Source: Pavona decussata (Eukaryota). Taken from it: a stretch of 64,000 nt of DNA. Positions 12,987-23,649 of this stretch are shown here, one piece after another. The notes below the pieces were generated by a model that saw only the letters and a program-made list of their open reading frames with translations, made no database searches and was not told the DNA's origin. The translations under genes were made by a program, and so were the position numbers. Numbering within the stretch: the stretch's first letter is position 1; every line of letters starts with the position of its first letter. The stretch spans positions 248,001-312,000 of the forward strand of contig CDRNST010000257.1 in the NCBI GenBank assembly GCA_977016875.1, in the 5' to 3' direction.

Positions 12987-15900
12987 TTAATTTTGCCTAG
13001 TTTGTTTGTCACTATTTTTTCTCAAGTTTTGGCAGCGTTTGCCGATGCTTATTTTACATGACTCCCACATGCGGTTCAGTTCCTCTCTGTCCCTGCACTG
13101 GTAGCCGAAGCTCCTTGTCACTTCCGCTGAAACAAAACAAAATTCTTGGTGAGAACTCAAGTTTGGTAATACGCAAATAATCCCGCCAGCTACTCAGGGC
13201 ATTTATACGCAAATGATGGCTAACTGTATTTTGCAAAACGAAATGCAATGAAGCAGGTAAAAGGTCGCTGTGGTCTGATAAGAGCTCGTTTCGCATAATT
13301 ACAGATCTTTAATTTCAAAACTCTACACTTCCGGTGTTTATTCTTCACTTCTGTTTTATACATCACAACGCGCGCCGAACAATGTCACTTGATATCATTA
13401 TTTTACAGTTCATTTGTTTTCACTTAGTTTCGTTTCGTTCAAGGATGAAAACAGATTTAATGTTGTAAGCATACCTTTGATTGCAGCAATGATTCTGTGA
13501 TCAAGAGGAGCGAAGTCCTTGGTGCCATGAACTGTCGAATTCATAAGGACCTCCTTTGGAAACAGCTTGTCGACGAGCCGCAGGGCCATCACGGTTGGTT
13601 TCGTCGCTGCCTTTACGAAATTAAAGTCTGCTTTCGCTAACTTGACCTCTCCAACTCCTCCGACTTGGATTCTCTCTGATAACAAGAATAATAAACAAAA
13701 CACCGGTGAACGGTCAAATTGCGAGGATATCGAATTCCTATTTCAAGCTAAAGGAAAAGAAAACTCTAAGTCAAAACTGAGGGCCAAAGCTCTTTTGGAA
13801 GAATCTTTATTGATTAGTTATTAAACTCGAAACAAAGTTCACCTTGATCTAGGATTAGCTTCAGATGTCAAGAAGATTTCAGTGAACGTAAAACATAAAA
13901 ACTTTCATACCTGTGGAATCAAAGTCCGTTTGACGAATTAGCTCGTCCAGCACACGGTCAGGTTCTGTCATGCAAGGTGTGCGATGTAGGTCTGTAGCGG
14001 GTTCCTGTCTGAAATGCACAGGTGGCGTATAGGGCAGCTCTGGTGTTGCCGTGGTGCTACACTGTGATGCTCGGAAGGGCTGTGTTGCCACTAGACTCAG
14101 CAATCTGTCCAGCTTGGCCTCCTGTCTTGCATACGAACACTCGAGCCGCTCTAATATGGTCCGTACTAGCCGAAGCTCGTTCGCTGTCTGTTCGTGCTTG
14201 TTTGAGCCGCTGTTCTTGCTAGTGCTAACCTAAATAAAAAATAAAAAATAACTGCATGTCAATTACATTATCCCTTACCAATAGGATAAAGGCTGACTCT
14301 TCTCAAAAAACGTCCAACCAGAATCAAGCCAGAACTGCCAAGAGAGTTTCAAACAACCTAAAGGTGGATTTCCACTGTCGCGTAAATTTTACGTGCGTAC
14401 AGACGTGAATTTAGCTGGCTTTATGTACGTAAATAAAATAAGCGATATATGAGCCGCGTGCGTAAACGTAAAAAGTTGAATGCTGTTCAACTTTTTACGT
14501 TTACGCACGCGGCTCATACATCGCTTCTTATCGTATTTACGTACGTAAAGCCAGCTCAATTCACGTCTGTACGCACGTAAAATTTACGCAACAGTAGAAA
14601 TCCAGCACAGATTCACGAAAGAACGATATAATTTAGGTTAACATTTTACCTCCATATTCAGTTATTCAGAATCCACATCTCTTATTCTGACTATTTTAAA
14701 ACTAAAGTCTTTAAAAAAAATGGTCGATACGCATTGGAGACCCTCTCTAATTAAATTTACTTGTGTACAAACAAAGCCATTTACGTTCTTCTTTCAAACA
14801 AAGCCATTCACGTTCTTTTACGCTATTGCTACATGCATATGCCCAGAGGCTGGGCACGGTCTCCAATAGACCCGAAAAATCGAACAAAATATCAATCGCA
14901 CCTAAAATTTACGACACAGTGGACAATTGACCTTAAGGTGGATTTCCACTGTCGCGTAAATTTTACTTGCGTACAGACGTGAATTTAGCTGGCTTTACGT
15001 ATGTCAGAAAAATAAGAAGCGACGTATGAACGGCGTGCGTAAACGTAAAAAGTTGAGCGCTGTTCGACTTTTTACGTTTACGCACGCGGCTTATACATCG
15101 CTTCTCATTTCATTTACGTACGTAAAGCCAGCTAAACTTACGTCTGTACGCACGTGACATTTACGCGACCACTGGAAATCCACCTTTAAAAGTGAACAAA
15201 ACCAACAACTTACAATGGCCGTCGAATTGTCCACAGTTCTGATTGCTTTGGATAGCAGGCTTCCAAAATTTATGTTGTCGGACTCCTCCTCTGACTCTGG
15301 GAAATGTGGCATTTCTTCAGGTGTCTCCTGCACAGGCTTCTAACGTTGCGGTCTATAGGCCACCAGCGGGAAATCATCGTCGTCCGAGCTGTCATCAGAT
15401 GTGTCCTCGACACTTTCATTTATCTTGCTGGGAGACGCGGCGTCCAGAACCTGTGCATGTGTTCACGAAACGAACAAAATCGAATCAATCCTTACAAAAA
15501 ACCCTAGCGAATAATAATTAGGAAGACTAGCTTTGAATTTTCCGAGCGCGAGCAAATTATGCGTACGGTTGTGCATTGAGTTGGCTTTACGTACAAAAAA
15601 AAAAACAACAACAACAAAAAAAAAATAGTAAGAAGTGATGTGAGAGAGCCGCGTGCGTAAACGTAAAAGGTTGAACAACGCTCAACATTTTAAGTTTAGG
15701 TGTCGCGTAAATATTATGTGCGTACAGGCGTAAATTTAGCTGGCTTTGCGTACGTAAATAAATAAAAAGGTGGATTTCCACCGTCGCGAAAATTTAAAGT
15801 GCGCACAGACGTAAATTTAGCATGGCTTTACGTACGTAAACGTAAAAAGTTGAGCGTTGTCCAACCTCTATGAAGGTGGATTTCCACTGTCGCGTAAATT

Positions 15901-17167
15901 TTACGTGCATACAGACGTGAATTTAGTTGGCTTTACGTACGCAAATAAAACAAGAAGCGATAGATGAGCCGCGCGCGTAAACGTAAAAAGTTGAACAGCG
16001 CTCAACTTTTTACGTTTACGCACGCGGCTCATATATCGCTTCTTATTTTATTTACATTCGTAAAGCCAGCTAAATTCACGTCTGTGCGAAACTAAAATTT
16101 ACGCGACAGTGGAAATCCGGCAGTCTCTAATCTAATCGCAGTGTCGAAAACCTTGTGAGTACGTAAGCTTTCGTAGTATGCTCGCGCTCTTAAGGTGGAT
16201 TTTCACTGTCGCTTTAATTTTACGTGCGTACAGACGTGAATTAAGCTGGCTTTACGTACGTAAATAAAATAAGAAGCAATGTATGAGCCGCGTGCGTAAA
16301 CGTAAAAAGTTGAACAGCATTCAACTTTTTACGTTTACGCACGCGGCTCATATATCGCTTCTTATTTTATTTACGTACGTAAAGCCAGCTAAATTCACGT
16401 CTGTACGCACGTAAAATTAAAGCGACAGTGAAAATCCATCTTTAATTATTCGTTCACACGGACAGGTTGACCATTAGAAAATCGAATCAGTCCTTACAAA
16501 AACCTAGCGAAATATATGAACATCTGGCACTGGTTGTTCAAAACACGATTAAGCTAATTGAAGTTTTAAATCGTCAACTTTGAATCCAGTTAAATAAAAC
16601 AAGGCTTAGCATTTGAAAATATTTTCAGAAAGAGGGATGTAAACAACTACCCTGCTAGCCGCTCATATTAAACGACGAGATAATTTCTATTGATAGTTTG
16701 ATGTAACATCAAGCAATTTTCTTTTACATACCTTTCCTTTTGGTTTTTCTTTTGGCTTGGGCTTGTCTGTTTTCGTTTTCTTGCGGCGTTCAGGGGAAGA
16801 CATGGCTTCTGGGATCTAAAGACGAAAATCATAAACTTGTTATTAGAAGATATAATTGAATTAAAACGATAACGCAATTTACCAGTCGGTGATGAAACAG
16901 ACAAGAGGAAATAATGAAATGACTGAAAGTACTTACCAGTTTACGTTTAGCTTTTGTCTGACACGGCTGGGGCTCATCAACTGGAGACTCGATCTCTTCG
17001 ATAAGTGGGTAGCAGGTAATGGTTGCACCGTACTCCTTTTTTCCTTTTCCCCAGATGACGCGAACTTTTTGCCCTTGCTTAAGAGGTGATGGATCTACAA
17101 TGGTTGAGCGTACAACATCCGAATACTTCCCACGGCTCCAATTCACTCGCGCAATTTGCTTACTCAT
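12987..17167 (-). CDS. Spliced BEN-domain protein (~400 aa); exons 17167-16937, 16815-16732, 15450-15214, 14229-13911, 13675-13475, 13126-12987; one in-frame TAG at 15340-15342
   Basis: GT-AG introns with consistent phases (0,0,0,1,1); BEN motifs ALRLVDKLFPKEVLMNSTVHG..PLDHRIIAAIK and IGKRCQNLRK; KLDRLL coiled coil; AATAAA at ~12885 on the minus strand. Confidence 0.8.
14361..16443. mobile_element. Cluster of ~250-bp palindromic MITEs (GGTGGATTTCCA termini, Harbinger/Tourist-like)
   Basis: Near-full copies at 14363-14605, 14937-15184, 15875-16118 and 16194-16440, fragments at 15585-15870; TAA/TTA flanks. Confidence 0.85.
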
Positions 17168-17394
17168 TTTTCTTTGGTATGGTTTGATGACACAATAACA
17201 TCAACAGATACCTCACAACCGTACTTCGCCTTTTTATAGTAAGTATGAAGTTCGTTCGGATCGAAAATCCCTTATCGTGATTGGCTCTTACAGCTTTTAT
17301 TGTTTGAGGTGTTTCAAAGAAAACTAATTAACTTTGGAACCTTGAGCGTTTTGAGTTTTATTTCTTTCTCTTTCATTGATGTGCTAATTGTTGG

Positions 17395-18272
17395 GGGGCA
17401 AGCGCGTGCCGCCTCTGCTGTTGAAAAAACTTCACACGTCACTAGTCTGTTTGAATAAATTTGTTATTGCTGTTGCTGAACTACTGCAATAAAAAGTTTA
17501 TTTCATGAAAGTGAATATTTGAAAATTCATATATAAGAACTGCGGAAGGAAGAATGAGTAAGTGAATGATCATCATGGATTTGAATCCCGTTAAGGCGTG
17601 GTATTTTTTTCATGCATTCTTTACGCAACTGCAAAGTTGCAATTATAACTGCAATAATCATTTACTTATTTAAAGTTTACTTCAGACAAAATCTTCCACT
17701 TTTATTTTGCATTTTCAACCGGTTAAAAAAAGAGAGAACCATTTTAGTCTAAGGAAACTTAAACTTTTATTAATGTTTTCTTTGTTGTGCTTTTTTGAGG
17801 ACGGTGAGCGTGTGCCGCCTCTACTGTTTGGAAAATTTCACACCCTATTGTTTAGTCTGATTGAATAAACTTGCAGGGTTTAATTATAAATTGTTTAACT
17901 GGTCCAAAACAGTTTATTTTAGGCATAATCTTTTCCAATTAAATTTTGCGTCTTCAACCAGTTCAAAAAAGAGAACCATTTTCAGTCTTTCAGTCTTGAG
18001 CTTTTAAACATGTTTTTTTCTTTCTTGTTCTTTCTCACGGGGGCGGCGAGCGCGTGCCGCATCTGCTGTTGAAAAAACTTCACACGCTATTGTGTAGACT
18101 GTTTGAATAATTTTGTTTATACTAATTATTAATTGTTGAACTAGTGCAATGCAGTGTTCATTTTATGAACGCATTCCAGTGTTAATTTGTTGCGTTGGTT
18201 ATCTTGGCGGCTTGTGCGTGCCCCTTCACTGTTAAAAAAAAATCCCACACCATTTTTAGTCTGTTTGAATAA
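17395..18272. repeat. Four imperfect direct repeats of a GCGTGCCGCCTCTGCTGTTGAAAAAACTTCACAC...GTTTGAATAA unit
   Basis: Copies near 17400, 17806, 18048 and 18213. Confidence 0.75.
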
Positions 18273-18753
18273 TAACTCGCGTCCAAGCGATGTAGCGCGT
18301 CTGGTTTCAAGTGTAGATACCTAAACCCCTCTATCCAATTAAGCTAATGGTGCTGGCTATAAAACTATGCCAAGATTTTTGAAATACTTTTAAAATACCG
18401 ATGATTACCGAATTTATAATTACCTCTGAACACGAGCGTCCAGATCACCTTATGAAAGTTTCTCGCTTATTTATATTTTGTTTGTTTAATTAAAGGTTCC
18501 TGCTTTTAAAGATCATCCGTTTCTATTCCCCGTTCCCGGTTCCTCGTTCCCTATTCCCGTTCCCTATTGTAAAAATAGCCCAGGTGTTTGTTTGTTGTTT
18601 TTTCTTTTTTCGAAGAGGCAATTTAGCACTATGACGTGAGAATACTGCACGCGCGCGCTAAAGATTTAAGAACTTTATTGGTCATTGACTTTTCTCAAAA
18701 TTGGTGGCTCCTAAAGGAGCCGTTTTTCATAGCGTTACCAGCAATCAGCAACA

Positions 18754-19764
18754 CTAATGTCTTGTCGCCGCGCCGTTTTCAGCAATGACGTCGGGGATGA
18801 CTTCAAACACAACATGATCAATGTATTTGTTGCATTTCTCTATGGTGACTTTCTTTCTCCAAAACTTCTTTATTCCATCCACAAGTTCCTGCTTGGTCTG
18901 CGACTTTACTTTCGTCTCCAAATAGAACTTTAGCTCATGCCACATATCTTCGATGGGGTTCATGTCTGGGCTTTCCGGGGGAGTTCGCCACCAGTTGATT
19001 TTGTTTTCTTCAAAGAAGGTCTTTGCAGTTTTCGAAGTGTGCTTGGGATCGTTGTCCTGCATGAAGCGGTGGTCTGGCAGTTTTTCACGGATGAAGGGGA
19101 GAAGAGTATCCTTCAAAATGCTGCAGTAAAGACCGGCTTCCATTATCCCTTCGAAGATGCAGATTTTGGTAGCACCGTGCCTGCTGATACCAGCCCAAAC
19201 GTGAACTTTGAGAGGGTGGTTTGGTTTCGGCTTTCGCTTAGGGGGTTCACCAACCTTCCGGTAGCACGTGCGGCGGAACTGCTGAAGAGAGATGGAACAT
19301 TCATCGCTAAAGATGATGTTGTCGAAGGTATCTTCAGTGGCTATCACTCGCTGCACGAACTCGAGTCTCTTGGTCTTGTTTACGTCACGGATCAGCTGGC
19401 AGTACTTTGTGTTTTGAAGAGTCCATCCTTGCTCTTTGCGTGCTCTTCGAACTGTTGATGGATGAACTTCCACGCCACACTTGAAAAGCTTCTTTTGGAT
19501 TTGGCGGCTGGTGGCTTCGTCATTTTTTTGCATCTGTGCCTCGATAAATGCCTTGGCAGATGCATTCAGCTTTCTTGGCCGACCGGACTTCGGGAGGTTG
19601 TCGACGGAACCGGTAAGTTTGATCTTTTTAACTATTCTTGCAACGCTCTGATAGCTTACGGAAGAACCTTCGTCTCTTAATTTTTTGAATATAGCTAGCG
19701 GCTGCAAGCCATGTTCGTGAAGAGATTGGATTCGCTTTCGAGCGTAAGGTGAAACCTTTGGCAT
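18754..19764 (-). CDS. Intact Tc1-family transposase (DD34E)
   Basis: 336-aa open ORF with HTH and GRPR, FSDEC, QDND-(34)-E in SPDMNPIE. Confidence 0.95.
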   Translation of the reverse strand: MPKVSPYARKRIQSLHEHGLQPLAIFKKLRDEGSSVSYQSVARIVKKIKLTGSVDNLPKSGRPRKLNASAKAFIEAQMQKNDEATSRQIQKKLFKCGVEVHPSTVRRARKEQGWTLQNTKYCQLIRDVNKTKRLEFVQRVIATEDTFDNIIFSDECSISLQQFRRTCYRKVGEPPKRKPKPNHPLKVHVWAGISRHGATKICIFEGIMEAGLYCSILKDTLLPFIREKLPDHRFMQDNDPKHTSKTAKTFFEENKINWWRTPPESPDMNPIEDMWHELKFYLETKVKSQTKQELVDGIKKFWRKKVTIEKCNKYIDHVVFEVIPDVIAENGAATRH

Positions 19765-20023
19765 GATTACTGTAAACAGTGTGATTACAAATCACTGAAG
19801 ATGACATTTATACAAAAACCGTTGCCATGATAACGTCGCGATACCATGATGCCTCGCTGTCTCAAATAGAATTGTTTACGCAAACGATTGATCGAAACGA
19901 AACGAAAGCCTTTCACTGTACAATGTACTTAGCTTAGCCTCGAAAATTCGCTGCACTCTTCGAAACTTCGAAAAACGCTTCGAAAAATTGAAGCATTCTT
20001 CGAAATTTCGAAACGTTTCCTTC

Positions 20024-20046
20024 GAAATTTCGCGAATCTTCTCGAA
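20024..20046. promoter_or_regulatory. Putative heat-shock element (five alternating GAA/TTC units) upstream of the transposase
   Basis: GAAatTTCgcGAAtcTTCtcGAA about 260 bp upstream of the ATG; TATAAA-like sequence at ~19808-19813 on the minus strand. Confidence 0.35.
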
Positions 20047-20246
20047 TTGTCGTCCGAATTTTCGCTGAAACATTCGCATACAATTTCGAAATTTCGAAAG
20101 TGTCAAGACAATGGCGCTTTCGAAAATTCGTCGAAAGTTCGGCGATATTTCGTTTCGTTAAAAAAATCGCTGATTTTCGTCGAAAAGTGGCGAAATGCCT
20201 CGAAATTCGTCGAAATTCGCTCTCATTACTTTTGCACAGTACTGTA

Positions 20247-20662
20247 CGTGGAAGAAAATAAAGCAGAATATACCATCGGATCAGGGGGAGAAACACCTCA
20301 CGATGGTTGCGAAAAGACAGCGGCATTTGCTCAGCCACAGGACTTTGTATCAAAAGAGACTATATCTCACTGACACAGGAGCTGGAGCACTAAAGCTTAT
20401 ATCCCACACTAAGCCAATTGCTAATTTCCTGAAGCATGTGTGACTTTTGTATACATTGCATGGTATCAATTCTCAACTAGCATCTTTGACGATGCAACTA
20501 GTTATTTCGAAACAGCTGTAGAAGAGGCGAAAGATGAATGCAGGAGGCAGAAGAACTGTTGAAGGACCACCCTCCTCCAAGACAGTTGCCAGCATAAGGA
20601 TGACGCTAGAGGCCCTTCGCTGTATAGCAAAAGAGTTAAAGATCGTCAATGTGTCCTACAAT
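20247..20662 (+). pseudogene. P-like transposase gene, segment 3
   Basis: In frame with segment 2 across the TA TSD; GSG..DG..AAFAQP and LYLTDTG NHL-type motifs, then helical SKTVASIRMT. Confidence 0.6.
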
Positions 20663-21495
20663 GCCACCGTTGAAAAGATCCTGATCCAGCTGTGGTCATT
20701 TTTTGATAATTCTGCAAAGGGGACTGCTGCTTATGGCAAAGCAGTTATGGCCATGAAGGAGATAACTCATCAGCAAAAGGACGGAAAAAAGTGGCAAAGT
20801 GTTTCAAAAAAGCATGCAGAACAAAATGGTTGTCAATAGAGAAAGCAATTGACGGAGCTTTTGATAATTTTGAAGCACTAAGTCTGACTCTGCGCACCAT
20901 GAAAGAAGAGGACGATGCCTTGGCAACTGGTCTGCTAAATCAGATTGCTAACCTCAATTTTTTGTCAACAGTTTACGTGTTGCATGCTGTCCTGCCAGCC
21001 CTTGCTCACTTAAGCAAAGCTTTTCAACAAGGCAATGTTCCTTGGTAGCTATCACCCCAACTATAAGAATATATCAAGTACACAGTTGACACCTTAAAGG
21101 GTGTAGCTGCAGCAGACAAGCCCTTGTAAGAGTTACAGAAAGATCTGGGTGATGGGGGAAGGCTTTGAACCTGTGAACTTCCAGCACTTACTAGCTTTCC
21201 ACGAGCAGAGTTTAACATCACTCACTCAGAAGTATATCATGGCATTGAAAGAGAACATCAACAGTCGCTTTGAACACAGCCTGCCTACTTTTTGGATCTT
21301 TCATCCCACTGCACTTCCTGGGAGATCAGACCCAGCATTTAAGGATGATGGTGCTGATGACATCGAAATACTGGCAGACTATTTCTACAATGGGCACCAT
21401 AGCAAAGCGGAAATGAAGGTCGAACTGTTGTGTGAATGGCAGAAATTCAAATACAACTTTCTGCAGATGAAGAATCAAATACCATCTGATACCCC
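20663..21495 (+). pseudogene. hAT (ZNF862-like) transposase fragment
   Basis: LWSFFDNS, KACRTKWLS, LAHLSKAFQ, NINSRF, EWQKFK motifs; stops and frameshifts. Confidence 0.75.
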
Positions 21496-21499
21496 AGGA

Positions 21500-21728
21500 A
21501 ATACAAGAACTACACGAACTACAGGTACTACAAGAACTACACAAACTACAGGTACTACAAAAACGACCCAAACTACAGAACTACACGAACTACAGGTACT
21601 ACAAGAACTACAGAAACTACAGGTACTATAAACACTACATGAACTACAGGTACTACAAGAACTACATTAACTACAGGTACCACAAGTATCACAGGTACTA
21701 TAAAAACTACATGAACTACAGGTACTAA
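21500..21728. repeat. 9-bp-unit minisatellite (ACTACAGGT/ACTACAAGA variants)
   Basis: Visible tandem periodicity. Confidence 0.9.
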
Positions 21729-22188
21729 AGTGCTCCCTGGCAAACTATAGTTATTAGAGCAGCTAACTAAAAATGTATTGGTGACACTTTGAGGGTGCTA
21801 TATTTGTGATGGTTGTCATGGACCTACTACCCTTCTTTTTTCGGCAAAGGATATCGACTGGCTGCTCCTAGGTATGGGTAAATTCTTTTCATCTTCCTTA
21901 GATCACTATTTACTTTAGAGCAATAACATTTAGAAATAATAAGCATTATGTCTGCTTTTCTAAATGACAGCTGCCATGGGTTTTATTTCGAGGGACGCAT
22001 AAAATTTTTAATTCCCATCACGAGCATGGTTTCTGTTTATTATCTGTCGTCAGGTCAGATTGAGTTTCATTTTAGTAGGACGTTTTATCGGTACATTCCG
22101 ATTACAAGGTACAGAGTTCATTCGCACAAGTTGCACAGTCTGTTAGCTCAAGTGATTAGTTTTTCTTAGTGATAAGTTTTTCGTGTAT

Positions 22189-23280
22189 CATGGCAGCTAC
22201 GCGTGATCGTGGAGCAATTGCTCCAGTGGATTATTCAGCCTTGGAAGCCGGGCTTTAGCCAGGTTTGAAAAGTGCTGAAATATCGGCAAAGTCCGTGAAG
22301 ATCAAAACCTCTACTTCTTCTTTGCCTCCGATGCCGTTATCTGTTCCTAACGATGATGCACAGTAAATTCGCTCTGCCTTGGCCGCCGCGAAAGCGGAGA
22401 ACAAAGCTCTGCGTCGTGCGTAGCAGCTTCGTGAGCTGCGACATGAGCTGTCCTCCGTGCAGAAACAGAACGCTTGTCTTAAAGGTGAACTAGAAGATCT
22501 GCCCTTTCCTTCTAAGCTCATGGTTCCTTCTAGCATTCCTCCACCTTTAACAACGTCTTTAACTGTCCAGGATGTCCGTGTGTTGCCTGGTTTAAGCTCG
22601 CACGTCGATGCTCAACTTCACCAACTTGGGCTCTCCGATTCGAGTGGCTTGGAGGGTTCAGACGATGATGAAGAGAGCAAGCAGAAAGGTCGGAACGATA
22701 GAGCCAAACGAGGTAAGAAGTTGCGGTCCGGGAAAAGGCCGGGCGTTGTATCCGCAAGTTTGGCCTCAGAGTCAACTGAGTCTTACGTACATTAGAAAAG
22801 CAGTGCCCTATGACAATTTAAGCCTCGCCGAATTTGCTGCCAGATTCGCATGTATCCTTCGCCTTCCCAGTTTGAGCGCAACTGAGCGTGATGCACATAC
22901 TGAACATTTTACGACGCTCATGTATTTGGCTACCCAAGTTTCATGGCCTGCAGTTTGCAGTCTCTACGCAGCAGTATTATTTGAGATTGAGTGTGGTCGT
23001 TTACGTTGCGGCCATTCTTTTGCGCACTTAGAAGCTCGCTTGCTACACGGTCAAGCTAACTGTCGTGGTCAACTAGCGCGCCAGTTACGAAACCACCTGC
23101 AACCATTCAGTTCTGCAAGGCTTTCCAAACCGGCAGTTGTTCCTCCAACAAGGATCACTATGGTTTTATCAGAAATGAGCGAAAATGGGTGCAACATATT
23201 TGTGCAAAGTGTTGGCTCACAAAGCAGGAGGTGCAGCGTCATCCAGAAAACTCTACTGTGTCCTTTTGCCAGTTCATGGA
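22189..23280 (+). pseudogene. Ngaro gag-like ORF1
   Basis: Coiled coil, WPQ..L, AAVLFEIECG and a C-terminal Cys/His region; stops and frameshifts. Confidence 0.6.
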
Positions 23281-23649
23281 GCACCGCTTTGCCCCCTCAG
23301 TTGACAACCTGCGGTATTTTAAATAATGACTCGGCGCGGACAGTACACAAGATCCTGTACATTTTAGTGTGGATCATGATGACTGTGATTTACATTGTAC
23401 TGGTGATGTGTTGCCGGTTTCATGTTCTAACGTTGTTTTGGTTGTTCCAGTCTTAGTCCCGGCTGTATCAGCGGTTGATTTGCCTTAAGTTAGTCAGAAC
23501 GTTTCTACTTTCGACAGTGTCGAAGTCCACCTTTCAGTTCAGTCAAGTCAAGTTAGTCAAGCCAAGTCCGTCAATCATGTTAGTCACGGCAATGAGTTTA
23601 TTGCTTCGCCCAGTCACGTTTCGTCATCTAGTGTTTTAAGCTCGTCGCG

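Larger units (their letters stand above)
11996..20244 (-). mobile_element. 8.25-kb Tc1/mariner element with transposase plus a cargo gene
   Basis: Perfect TIR CAGTACTGTGCAAAAGTAATGAGAGCGAATTTCGACGAATTTCG at both ends; TA TSD at 11994-5 and 20245-6; excision restores the host frame (GKY-VEENK). Confidence 0.93.

Noticed and set aside
17503-17670. tRNA gene (B-box-like GATTTGAATCCC)
   Set aside because: No cloverleaf; looks like a decayed tRNA-derived interspersed repeat, with a similar piece near 42300-42450
18937-19680. Plus-strand ORFs of 173 and 72 aa
   Set aside because: Antisense shadows of the Tc1 transposase
21495-21631. Thr-rich, mucin-like protein tail
   Set aside because: Read-through of the hAT fragment into a 9-bp minisatellite
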